Source: Raillietiella orientalis
Lineage: Eukaryota
NCBI GenBank assembly: GCA_036172245.1
Contig: JAYWIR010000030.1
Location: 1,240,001 to 1,304,000 of the forward strand
Length of the DNA: 64,000 nucleotides
Direction of reading: 5' to 3'
Made by a program: the position numbers and the translations under genes. Shown one piece after another: positions 50,191 to 62,479 of this stretch. Position 1 is the first letter of the stretch. Each line of letters opens with the position of its first letter. Under the pieces are notes generated by a model, which ran no database searches, had not been told where the DNA came from, and saw only the letters and a program-made list of their open reading frames with translations.

Positions 50191-50830
50191 GGGTGCGGCA
50201 CTGGTGGAAGCAGGAAACCGCATGTCCCTGTTGACTGGCCGGGATTGGAAGTTGACCTCTTGGAGTCCCTCCCGGAATCATAGGGTCGGTTCCCTTTAGG
50301 GTTCCCCACCGGTTAAGCAAATGGAGCCGTCCTACCCCACGAAAGGGGGATCCTATATTGCATACCACGGAGCTGATGGATTTGATGACACCTCTCCAGA
50401 GTGTGGAGAAGCGCGCTGCTTCCTTCAGAGAAACTTGGAATCGACCCTTTGAAGTTCTCTTCAGAGGAGAAAACGGAGAAGGGATTCTTTCCAGGTTCCC
50501 TTTGGAGAAGAGTGGAAGAGTCTCCTCCCCCATGGGTTCCTTCCGGGGAGAATAAGGAAGACGTTCCCATCGGAATTCCCCGACCAAGCGCAAGAGGAAC
50601 GGAGAGTTCCTGGATTCATAGGGTGGTTCCTCCTGGATCATCCCCCATAATTTGAAGGGCCATACTCACCCTCGAGTAGAGCGGACAGGGTTAAGGAGCT
50701 TGGTGACCTCCCCCTGAGGAGGCGAACGGTTCTTCAGCACGTGGCTAACCAAAAACAAAAGAAAACTCCAAAAACAAAGCTGGAAGGAAAGCAGCGAAAG
50801 CAGAGAAGAACCCAGAGGGCTTTCCATCAT
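50191..50830 (-). repeat. Repeat X block, locus C
   Basis: Motif at 50717-50740; colinear with the reverse complement of 44150-44717. Confidence 0.82.
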
Positions 50831-52253
50831 CGTTGCCAAACTAGCAATTATTTGAAAGCTCCAGCAGGAACCCCTACGATGAACTCATAAGACTTCCTCT
50901 TTAGGTGAATATGGCTTCGAAGGGAGGAAACATCACATGCGACTGGGGAAAGCATTCCATCCCGGGCCCGAGTCCCCGCATCCGCTCATCGCGAGAAGAA
51001 TTCAGCTGACTTGCTGGTGACCCGCGGACCGCAATGTCGGAACGCTACCCAACTGAGGTTTCGGCTGAGCCGGGGGTTTCTGGCACGACTCTGCCGCAGC
51101 AGGCAACTCCATGCCCGAGATCAGACTCGGAAGTGTTCGTTCGTTCTTCAATGTTCGACCCTCCGTGCAGCAAAAAGTGTCCACCACGTTCGTCACACGA
51201 CCTCATGACAGTCTAATCGACGACGACAGATCCAGATGGAAGTTCTGATACCCCATGGAGGTACAGAAACTCAATACGATGGAATCAGGGACCCTCACAT
51301 TATGCCACTGTTACCACATCCCTACTCGAATTAAAAGCAAAGCTCTTCCTCATTCTTAAACGCCAGCGATAAGTACTTTCTGTACTCTAGTCTGAAAACA
51401 TCTTCAAAAAAAGTGTCCGAATGCTGATATTACTGATTCCTTGTAAACGTCGCCAAGCACCAGTAGAATTCATCACTCATCTTGCACGTGACACCAAATT
51501 CATTCTATTACCAAACCATTTGGCATCTTCCCGCTTAGCCAAACTCCCTGGGGACCGCATATCGTACGTGCCACCATCCTGCAGTCGGATGCAGCGTGTT
51601 TGCCTAAGGGCAGTCCCTCCTCCTCTTCCGCGCTAGGCATTCGCTTTTATCTTTCGGATGACCACCTCAATGCATGCGCAGCAGACTTGGAGTGGAACCT
51701 GCCACGTCTTTGCCAGTCTTCGGTTTTCTTCCTCATGGTCCGAGCGGCCTTACACAGGGAGGCAGCAGCATATAAGAGCTGGTGCTTTCCTGGAGCCGCT
51801 GCCGGAATTTGTGGGACACTTTGGCGAAAAGCACGTGTTTCCAGGAGGAGCGTCTCCTTGTAAGGCGGGAGTCGGTATCGTGCGGAGCGTGACGTGAGAG
51901 CCTGCGGCGCTTCCGACAGCTGGGTTTCTGATTCTTCAGGGGGAAAGAGCCTTTCGAACTGCATAGTGGTGGCAGTCAGCAGTCCGCAAGGATTTCTCAT
52001 ATGCAGCTCATGTTCCCTATGAGTTGGAGGAATCCTTTTCCAAACCCTACATCCATTTTGTGTGAATTTCCGAACGATTTTGGGAATTGCGTTTCGCTTT
52101 CACTTTCAAAAGAAAAAAAATTATCTGCAGCACAGCGGCAAACATCCTGGTAAGCTCCACGATATCCAACAAATTTTCTACATTTTCTGAGCCATCATAT
52201 GTAGAGTTTTTTTTTTTTTTGGCCAGTACAGGATTTTTTCATTCCTCTCACTG

Positions 52254-52693
52254 ATGTACCTACTGCCCACATAGGTTCCTAGGCCACGGCAAATTCACCG
52301 TATGGTGGCAAACGGTTCTTGGCATCGATATTCCGTCACTCCCTTTGCTTTCCCATGCTCATGACGTCTTCTACGATTTCACCCACGCATTGCTGCTTCT
52401 GACTCTATCTTTACTTTACCATCTATTCTTTTTAACCCTTCCAGGATGACCGAGCATCTCATAAGTCCACCCGGTTCCTCTAACATTTCCGGGTCGATTT
52501 CACCTGTGTAGGGACCGAACTTTTTGTGATGGCATTTCTGCGCCCCTATCTGTAAATACACTGTTACTCAACTTTGTGCTCTGCAATCTCGGAGGCATTC
52601 TCGTTGTTCTGGTCACCAAGTTGAACTTATAAGGTCGACGAATGAGCACTCATTGCATCCATTTCCCAATTTTCCATTTATTGAAAAGGTCAT
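52254..52693 (-). pseudogene. tpiA: Bacterial (Wolbachia/Rickettsiales-like) triosephosphate isomerase pseudogene fragment
   Basis: Reads ATG..'SFVDLI', then 'QIGAQKCHHKKFGPYTGEIDPEMLEEPG' (GAQN...G.YTGE.S.EML motif) and 'KNRLPPYGEFAVA*EPMWAVGT' (AYEPxWAIGT). Intronless, with frameshifts. Confidence 0.85.
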
Positions 52694-52717
52694 CGACTTT
52701 TCCCTTGTAGGCGAGAG

Positions 52718-52783
52718 TGCCTGCTGCCGGACTTGAACTGACAACCTGCTGGCTACAGGCTCTACCAGTTCCGCTAAGCCGGC
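52718..52783 (-). pseudogene. Degenerate bacterial-type tRNA-Thr(TGT)
   Basis: GCCGGCTTAGCGGAACTGGTAGAGC..TGTA..GGTTGTCAGTTCAAGTCCGGCAGCAGGCA: acceptor stem, D and T loops recognisable; the 5' side of the anticodon stem is deleted. Confidence 0.65.
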
Positions 52784-52852
52784 ATTAATATGCAATGATC
52801 AATGGATTTTATTCATCCGGGTTTTATCATTATCAAAATACTATATAATAAA

Positions 52853-52997
52853 ATGATCCGGGAAAACTTTCCTTGGAGCTGAAAAAAGGTTCGGAGCAAA
52901 ATTTCATCTGACAGAGTGAGATCATGAACACAGAAAAATCTCCCCTTCACCTGGCAACCTGATGAATTTTGATGCTGTCGAAATTGGACCTGGATGC
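52853..52997 (+). pseudogene. ksgA: 5' fragment of bacterial 16S rRNA dimethyltransferase, divergent from tRNA-Thr/tpiA
   Basis: 'KKGSEQNFI*QSEI' (KKSLGQNF motif) followed by 'GNLMNFDAVEIGPG' (vIEIGPG SAM-binding motif). Confidence 0.7.
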
Positions 52998-55900
52998 AAT
53001 CTTGAAGTTTCTTTCTTTACACCTCTGTGAATCTGCACTTCTCTTTTCAAGATATTGCTGATAATTCTTATGTTTCTCGAACTGAAACGAGTTAAGAAAT
53101 AAAATACCAACCAGAAAAGGTGTGTCTTCCTATGAACTTTGATGGGCCAGGTGGAAATCAGGAAATTCGCTTCTCCATTTCGTTTTCCCAGCCAGGGGTG
53201 TTAAAGCTTTTTTGCCCGCGTCCGATGCTACGGATGCTGTTCCCTCCGACGCCGCTGAAGCACTTCCTTCAGGGATATCTTTCGCCGTAAAAATCTCAGC
53301 GTGTTGCTTCGTGCAACATCCAGTTCTTCTGATAGGATATAACCAGCCACAGCTCTTTCTGCCTCGGAATCATCAGGGAATCCCTGCCTGTTGAGCCCTC
53401 CCTCCAGTTAGAACTCTCCTTCCCCCGTGAACCACTTGCCATTGCGAGAGCGGCAATGTTTGGCCACTCAACTTCCGATGCCCCCACGTCGCAGCTGTTT
53501 GCACAGGGCTTGTTCCAAGCCCTGCTAGCGCGCAGCAGCTCTGCAATCTACGAACTTCACCCACACCGGTCCCCGGAAGAGCAGCTATCGCGAAAGAGAA
53601 GACGGGAACGGAAGCACACGTCCCATACATGTGGGCATTCACGTAAACACCCACGTGGCGCTCTTCTTCATCGCCGCCTCCGAGGTGCTACGAGCAAACT
53701 ATTCTGCTGGAGCTCACGAAGAAACAGCGTCGGGCAGTCGGAAGACCTCAAGTTCTTGAGTCCTGACACCGTGATTTAGGGTGTTTTTGTCCCGACGCTC
53801 TGCAAAATGGAAAGGTGGAAGCAGCAAGAAATCCAAATATCATCAATCATGAGGACGACCAACCGACACAGGGAGAGTACCCCAAAGCTCTATTAGCGGA
53901 CCAAGCCTTCTACGGCAAGAGGGGAGGACATCGGAAGAGGAGAGCTAACCGAAACCTGAATGCCAGTTCTCGACTTTCGCTGCCGGCGAATTTCGTCTTC
54001 TTCCAAGGTACTCAGCGTCTCCCTTGATCTCGAACTGCACCTCTGCTCGTGTGAATCAATCACGTCTTCGTTTCTTGGCATCCGAAAGCATGCATGCTCT
54101 TGCTGCGATGACGGAGAATTCCATCAGAGTCTTCTTTGACGGAGGCGCAAGCTGTTCCCGAAAAGAAAAGTCCCACTCGGGAGGGCTGCATAGGAGGTCT
54201 GGAACGTTCATTCGGTACGGAAGGCTACATCGAAGAGTCAGTTCTCTCAGAAGTTCCAGACGAAAGAGGATTCTGGAGGAAACATGAAATGATGAGACAG
54301 GAGCCCGCCAACAGTCGAAAAAGAATTTATTCATTTCCGTTCCGGGCCCTCTTGTTCTTGAGAAACGCGAATTTTGCATAAACTTCACTTAATCTCTTTT
54401 AAAACTTTCTTTCGTGGAAGAGTTTTCCTCAAGCGGGGACGAGGGCGATCCTTGCACGCGAGAGCGCAGCAATCTTCTTGAAGATGGAATGTTCTCGATT
54501 TTTGCATTCTTCTTTCAATCGGAACGAAATCAAAGTATTTGTTCCATCCGACGGGATCCAGAATGGATGAATTCATAGAAGTTCCTGATACTGATACTAA
54601 GTTCTCTATGGAGCCCTTGTGGGTTCGTTAAATGAATTATCCCTTGCTGGCTCACGAAAATCGATTTCATGAAAAAAAATGGGTCAGAACAAAATGGGCC
54701 ATTCTAGTCCTTGAATATCTTCTTTCTTTATTTGGAAGGCCTCTTTCCATTCCCATACTTTTCTTAATCGTACACTTTTCTCTCGGAAACCGTGAGAGCA
54801 TACTAAGTGCTCCCCTAACTCCGTTGCAGGGAGGTCCTCAAACTATGATCAGATATGGAATTTCTGGGCTGTAAGATGGGAAACACTCGCCTTTGATCAA
54901 CGACTCGCTCCTGATTTGCTGCACGCAGACGAGTAGTCCAAACGCCGTAGTTACTACATTAATAGCAATGGCAAGAGATATTCTTTCGTCATCCTATCTG
55001 CAGCTCGTTGCGATCGAAGAAGTTTCGCTGCAATCTGCCGTCCTTCCTGAAATTGACTTCTTCCTCCCGCCGACATGACCTACTTGTTGTTGTGTGACCG
55101 TGCACTTTGAGTTTGAGCCAGGATTCACTTTTCTCCGAGTATTTTTGGGATGTCGTTGGGCGGGGAGCATCAGAAGAGCTTGCAACGGGATGTGTTTGTT
55201 TGCCTTCCCGACTTGGCCGCGCATGCGCACTGGGAGGTTACACGAGGAACACGTGTACGTGAATGAAACGAAACATCCAACTTGCAACGGTGTGATATTT
55301 ATGCAGACAGCAGCATACACGTGTGTGTGTCATGTTTGGGAACATTATTTGAACAACGAAGCCCACGTTCCCGTGATCAGATTCCTGTGAACAGCCTGCT
55401 GGCCAACACGCGGGTCATTTTTAATGGTCATCCTGAACACTTCTTCGTTCTTTCTGAATTCGTAGATCGAGATCTCAGGACGTGAGAACTGTCTCTACGG
55501 ATGCATCCATGATTCATCCAGATTTGGAACGATTCCTCTCCCAGCTGAAACGAATCCCACATGGAACAAAACTCACTTGGTCGCCGGTAGAAAGAGGCAC
55601 CACGAAGAATCACTCTGAATCTGTCGTTTGGTGTGGCTCTAGACACGATAGGGTCGGTCCAGGAATGTATCATCTTCCGCGTCCGCTGGCTCAAAATCAA
55701 TCGTCCGGTGAGGTATTCGTGAGATTTATTTATATCCTCCATCACAGCAACCAGGAAAACAAGAATCTAGGACTTTATGATGAGGACTTTTTTGCTCCCT
55801 CGGGGAAAACAGTTTTTTTTTTTTTTTTCTTCTGTCTGTGCCCCCGACAGTTCATGGGTGACTCATGGGAAAAAATAATAAGTGCCCATATACATGCAGC

Positions 55901-56649
55901 CACACAACACAAAGTGTGCATGGCCACATTGTGTGGCATCTTCGGTGTGTTTGTGACTAACGCACGAGGTGCCAGCTGTGGTGATGCTTGTGATTTCAAA
56001 CATCCAACTGACTTCGAATTGGAAATAAAGAAGTAGAGAATAAGTCAACCGTGCCACTATGGAACAGCTTCTATAATGTCATGACACATGTTGATGGACC
56101 GCCTCCAGCAACGGAGGAAAGAAAGAAACATTGCAAGAAAACACGCTCTCGCTTCGGTTATGGGAACTTGAAATGAAATATTACGTCAAGTGAATGAGAA
56201 GCTTTGACAGTAAAGCTGCATGGACCATGATGCGTCATCTCACAGAAACCCATTAGCCTCTTTCTCATCTGCGATCCGAGACCCATGACTGCTATCCAGA
56301 GCAAAACAAGTTGGGGAAAATTTTGGTCATCACTTGGTACTTGTTCCGGTGAATGACTTCCTGGAAGGTTTCTCGGATTGGCTAATCTATTAGATTCATG
56401 AATCGGAATAAGGATGGAAAAACGCTCATTTTGAAATCTTCCCAAATTATCAAACGCTGACTCAGCGATGGGCAGCTTTTCATCTTCCGGGCTGGGATCG
56501 ACTCGCATTCCTCCCGCCTTATGGCGTCAAACCTATCAAAGCAATTTTATTGGTTGCTCGCAGCCCGATGTCCGCCGTGTCTGGGACTCGGCTGCTTCGA
56601 CGGAATGCCGAGGCCTTGTTTCAGCCTCCTTTTTGATTGCGGCACCGTT

Positions 56650-56910
56650 TTAATAGCTTGTACCTCATGTGCCCTGTGTTTTTCCTTCTCATAACTCTCT
56701 GCAAGGATAAGACGACGGGATCTATAAAAATTTTCATCACCTTCATGTCATCCGTATCGTGTTACACGGTCTCAACTCGTTCCTTTCCCTGTTATAATCC
56801 AGCAAAGTTCTCTGGACCTTTTATGAGCATCTGGCGTTTTATAAACCTTTTATGAGCTTCATCTCGCTGATTATTTCTTCCCAATTGCGCTTCTAGACTA
56901 TGAAATCGTT
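56650..56910 (-). pseudogene. Possible bacterial Smr-domain protein fragment
   Basis: 'DEAHKRFIK..RELCWIITGKG..LILAESYEKEKH' resembles Smr (eA...L..Fi...vITGKG...ila...khGG). Frameshifted. Confidence 0.35.
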
Positions 56911-57480
56911 TGCTGGTATTGCAATGTGAGGGCTCTGTCCTAATAGTGCATTAGGAATCTACAGTTAATCTTTGCTTCCCATTTTCCGTGTAATTGGGAA
57001 CACGACTCCTGGTTCCTGCTTCATCTGGAAGTTTTACCGCGTCTGTCTTCGGTGGCATGCAAAATCATTAGGTTGGGCTCGGAGTTATTCGTACAGCAGA
57101 ATCCGGGAAGCAGATGATACCATGGAGTCATGAATCATCAACAAATATGCCACGAGGGTGCTTCACAGCATTTCTCATAATTAGCAAAGGTTTTCACGCA
57201 TCGGCTGGGAACTTCTCTCCCCCCTTTTCCAGAGACTCCCAGGTCCCTCTTTCGCTTATGATAACGCCATCTTTGCCCACCGAAAGTGCAGCTCCCGTTT
57301 CGGGTTCACCGGTTCTGGATTTCGCTTGGGTGCCGCGTTGCATGGAGTCTTGGAAATCCGTCACGGAGAGCGCTGCAGAAATTTCCGTTCTTCCTCGTCC
57401 ATCCAATCTTGGAATTCCGAGATTCCGCGCCATCGGGGAAACTCCAAAAGAAAGCCCCGCGTGTGGAGTCAGTCAGAACA

Positions 57481-57687
57481 GGTCACGGAACTCAAGTGAC
57501 CCAGGATCAGGCGTGTTCAATAGAAGATAGGGCAAACTCCCGAATCGGAGGAAATCTTCCCACGTCTGCAAAGGTTCAGAGCATGAATCAGGCAATAGAC
57601 GAAGGAGCTATGGCACTGTTTGGCGGAAAATATGGCGACCGAGTAGGGGTGGTAAGCATCGGAGATGCAGAGGAGTTACGTGGCGGC
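57481..57687 (+). pseudogene. alaS: Bacterial alanyl-tRNA synthetase editing-domain fragment
   Basis: [68 protein letters not shown] matches GAMALFGEKYG..VRVV.IG.S.ELCGG, with conserved residues mutated. Confidence 0.88.
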
Positions 57688-60600
57688 GCGGCATCCGATA
57701 CCATCTCCGAACGTGTTTGCCTTGGCTTCCTTCAATCCTTCGAGGAAACTGTATTCCTCATCACCTTGATTGTCATCTGTTAGTGGTCCCCATTTGTTGG
57801 ATTTTCCATTCGTTCACTTTCTCTTCCTTTCTGGGAGTATTTGCATCTTTGAAACGTTCCGACATCCACTCGCGCCGTCCCACGTCTTCCAGCAATGGAG
57901 CTCGTCGCTTACGCAACGCAGCTTGCGTTCTTCCTTCTTTCCAACGAGGACATTTTCGGAGCGGAGCTGTGTGCTCTTCAGGCGTTCCATCAGGAGCTTG
58001 CTAGACGGCAGTTTCTGCTCTTTTAGTTTCAGTGACACCCAGATTTTCTTTCTTTCCTTCTTTCCTCCCTCTCATCTGCCGTGAGAAGGTCTCGAAGTAC
58101 TTCCAATTTTGTCCCCTTGGTAATAAGTCAAAGAGCAGAAGCCATAAATGAAACCGGCATTGTTTTTCAAAGATCTTTGAAAGCCAGATAAACAAGAAAA
58201 TTCATTCTACTTTTTTTTTTTTTTCTTTATCTACCGTTCGCCTTATCTCCGTTGATTCCTTCTCAAAATGGAAATAAATCTTCACCTCCTTTTAGGTGAT
58301 CTCGCATCGGAGATCCTCTTTTTCAGATCTCCACGGGAAGAGAACTTGGATAGAAGCAAACTTGGAAAAGACAAACAGCAATAAGACTCCGACAAGAATC
58401 ACGCCATTCCCGGAACAGGGCATCTAGCGTCTGCTACATTACGAGGCTATTCTCCTGGAAAATCGGCTATAAGGAGCGAAATCAAGATGTCTACGAATAC
58501 AATTTTTAAAATTTCAAAGGCAGCACTCGGATCCTCTCTGCCTGCACACCACCATCTTGCAGTACACCTGGCGTCTTGCACACCACACCGACTGCTCTCT
58601 CTGGCATCACGCGAAGGATGAAGTCTCAAATCTCACGCGAGCATGGATACGGGTCAAGTCGACTACGTGCGATTACTGCGCTGGAAGATGCTGCTGATTT
58701 GGAGCAGTTCGGTGAGCAGTCTTTCACCTGCGATGAACTTCTCAAGGCACTGCTTCATTTTGAAAATCGCACTCGAATCGCTGAAGCCACGGTTACTGGT
58801 GCGGGTGACTCGCTGCCATTCGGGGAATCTTGTGTTGTTGCTCAGATGCTGCTACTACGTCAGATAATTGCATTTCATGCCAAAAGATGAGGATGCTGCT
58901 GTTGATCATCACTAAGAAAGGCAAAACCCTAGCAGAAGAGCCAATGCAACAAAATAGGAGAGGAGCTGCAGTTTCTCATCTTTCTACACCCGACATTCCC
59001 ATGGAGTTCCACATGCAACTCTCGAATCTTTGGGCGTCAGTCGAAGAGTAGGAGGTGCCCTGCATACGACTATCTTGGCAAAAACTGTCCCGGTTTCGAA
59101 ACTTCCGGGAATCAGACGAACCTCCCCTTTGGAGTGATCACAAGATCAGTAACCGGGGACTTTTCAAGAGGTTGTTGCCAAAAAGCACTTCGGTTCTTCG
59201 GTGGTCACGAATTCAGTTCTGTACCAAGGAAGGACTTCTGCGGCGTTGATGTTTTCTCTCGGAAGACAGAACAGGGGGAATGATGGCTCTGCCGGGAAGC
59301 TTGAGGAAACGATCGGAATGCGAACGATATCTGCTGCGAGTGATCGTTGGATACGGCCGGGAAGGTCACGAGCAGGTCGAAAGACCGAAAGAGCCTCGGG
59401 GGTGATCCGAACTTGGATTCGCGACTTTGCCATCGTCTGCCTCAACGGACAAAACGAAAGATGCCAAGGGACATCCCTCCTCGGCTCACGTCAGGACAGA
59501 GGGAGGCAGTTCGATCTCTCTCACTGCTGAATGTAGGGAAGTTCCGCACAGCTCCCGAGGGGGGTGCTAAGGTGAGGGGTATGGAGGTCTCCCTAATTGT
59601 ACGTGGGCCCACTGACAGCCCTGCTGCTCGAATCACCGCGTCTTGTGACGCCTCGGGGGTTTCCTCCCCGGCGTGACGATCAGTTCCGGACGGGTGTATG
59701 CTCCGCCGGGGCTCTGTAATTCGGGGGCGCATGCAAATGGGCGCAGATACGTCTCCAAGTAAACGGTAATTAGCCGCGAGCCATGACAGGCTCCAAGCCC
59801 CAATCCCGTAAGGACGTTGGGGTGCCGACCGAAGGGTTCCCGGAGGAGGCAATCGATTTTCGATTCTCCGCTCTCAAGTGCACCAAGGTCTTCCCTGCCC
59901 CACTCCGCTTCTCTGCTTTCCGGATCGCTGGTGACCAGCTGGCAGTCGCATCCGAGGTTTCAGCACCCGTGTCCACTCAGAGTGCTCGGCCGAGACGTAT
60001 GCTTATAGAAGACAAATAAACAAACAAATTGGGGACCGAGTTCAAGGAACGAAAACGAAAAGAAGCTCATGGGGAGGGTTCACCGGCACGCACAGGCGGG
60101 GTTCTGAGATTCCGGAGAAGGAGGGAGGCGGCAGCAAACCGATGAAAAAGGACAGGGAGGGTAAAGATGGGGAGCCTGTGGTTTCAACCGCTCTCTTCTT
60201 CCCAGAATCGTCGCGGAACGCTGACCATCTCCCCGGAGATACTTAGGTGAGGTCCCACCGCAGCCGCCCTCGCGTAGGTAGCTGTCGTGCGGGCGACCTC
60301 CCTTGGCGGCGTCCCGAGACTCCAGTCCATGGCCCACCGCGAGCGAAGAATCGCCGCAGCAAGTCCACGGCTCTATCTTCCGGATGCAGCAGCCTCCGTC
60401 AGACTTTCCGGGGACCATCGCAGTCTTGCCAGATCACAAAGACTCTGATAAAGCTTCTGATATGCCTTTTCGTTAACCACTCTTGTTCTGGTTGATATTC
60501 AGGACAAGGGAAGAACTTTCAGCAGCTCGTTGTTGGAACCGCTCCGGATCAGTCTTTCATTCTTACGGTCAAGTGGAGGTACCAGATCCGACGGAAGCCG

Positions 60601-61365
60601 CGAGAGTCCCATGCGAGCCTGGTAAAAAGCCTGTTCAGGAAATGAGACAAAGGAAAGGTTCCAGCTAAGGCAAAGGATTCTCAAAGCATGGGGATGAAAG
60701 CACGTGTAGGGTGTTTGCTGGTCGATGGCAAATAAGTGAATAACGAGTGGGACAGCTGCTTCTTCGTCTGGTGGCCGCTCCATCACCGTCTGACTTGCTT
60801 CAAATCTCCACCTGCATCTTCAATGTGCTTTTTCGAATTGAAAAGGTCAGACTCAGTCCTAGTAAGCAGCGACCCACATCTAGGTGACGGGAACGGTTCG
60901 ATTTCCCGCACCTTAAACAGTTTGGAAAGGGATGACACTCTCCCCCGTAAGCGAGGTGACGAGGCTGACTGCAGTGGGAACCCTGGTGACAATTGGCGGA
61001 AGTAAAAGGCACAATTCCTCCTCGATCCACGTCAAAGTTTGCTTTCCCTCAGCCATCGTCACTTGCAGGTCGCTCGGCGCATTATTCCCAAACTGACTCC
61101 GAGCCCGGGCGCCAGCCCCAAATCATCTTTGACGACAGGGAATGCTTGGAACGCTTCCGCTTCACAGAGTGACGCGTCCGACAGGTCGACGTGGAACCCG
61201 CTGAGAGGAGTGGCTCGTCCTGCTCAGGGACTCGCAACGCGGATTCTCGGATCAGATGCTTGCACCGCGGTTTGCTTTTCTGGGTTAAGGTCAGCTCCTA
61301 TTTCGAGAAGTACATTGCAGATACACAAAAAAAAAATTGAGCTAGACGGCTCCGCCGTACTCCGG

Positions 61366-61761
61366 CTTTCTTGGGATAACAGAATGCTCAGTCTTCATCA
61401 GCTCAATGAGACTCGCTTCCTCTTTCGCGTGACAGATGAGACAGAAAAGAAGACAACGATGATTTGATTTTTCACAGGAGCCAAAAATATACAGTAGTAG
61501 CGACACGAAGTCTTTGAGAAAGCATCTAAGAATAAGAACGAAGCACTAACAAGTTGATAAGAACCGACTCCACCCTTCGGGTTGTTGCTCAAACACACAC
61601 GCCACACTTTGAATTGAAAGATTACGCAACGCGATGACACTGATTAAGCCCACGAGAGCAGATTTTATTTCCCCAACTGCATTGCAGATATGCGAAGAAA
61701 TTGAACCGGATGGCTCCTCCGAGTCTCTCTTTCGTGGGCTAACAGAGTGCTCAGTCTTCAT
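61366..61761. repeat. 33-bp imperfect direct repeats bracketing ~330 bp; possible Penelope 3' relic
   Basis: ctttcKtgggMtaacagaRtgctcagtcttcat at 61366-61398 and 61729-61761 (3 mismatches). Confidence 0.7.
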
Positions 61762-62479
61762 GTGCTGAGAGAAGGACTCTCTTCTTCTTCCGCTGCTGTT
61801 CCCTTACGCAGATTGATAGGGTCATCTGGGAGGTGTCCGAAACGGTGTGTCCAGCAGATATCCCTGTCTCATGGATACATCAAGCGACGCATTGTTTCCT
61901 CATACCGGTTCGTTTCGTGGGTCCCCCTATGCTGGCGCACCTGCAAGAAACGTACGCAGGTGAGCCTGAAGACCTTTTCTCGTGAGCAGCAAGGCGATCT
62001 CCCGGTGCTTCTTTTCCGTTTCCGATCCTGTGAGGCTGAAAGGGACAGGGGACTTCGAGGGTGCACATCCGATTCGCTTTCCGTATCACCAGATCCGGTC
62101 TAGGGACAGTCTTGTTGGCCGACAACGACCTCCATCCTGCAAGGTTCTTCGGCGCTGCCGATGGCCTTCCGACTATGACGGCGTCCCGAGCTGTGTATAG
62201 GGGAGAACCAGGAGAATCTCCCTGCAGGGGCGCATCCCGGAAGCTATGCAAAAGATGCCTGGCTTCTGTGGCATCATGCGGGCAGGATATGGCATCCTTC
62301 CCGGCGGCAGAGACAGCTGCCTCCAGAGCCTCGCTTCCTCCCAAGAGCGGGTTCCAAGCAGCGTCCTTTTAGAGAGAAAACGGGTAGAGAACCATGGAAA
62401 GCACATTCGCTTCCAGAATGGACACTGGGATTCCTCTCATCCCGCCCAGATGAAAAACAACAGGGGAGTCGAGAAATCT

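Noticed and set aside
50700..50750. Hammerhead or HDV ribozyme in the X motif (CTGAAGA on -, GCTAA/GCGAA on +)
   Set aside because: No conserved GAAA with stem II for a hammerhead, and no local P1 partner for HDV across the four copies.
54700..54800. ValRS-like 'RKVWEWKE' on the - strand
   Set aside because: Too short, and the flanking residues do not continue the motif.
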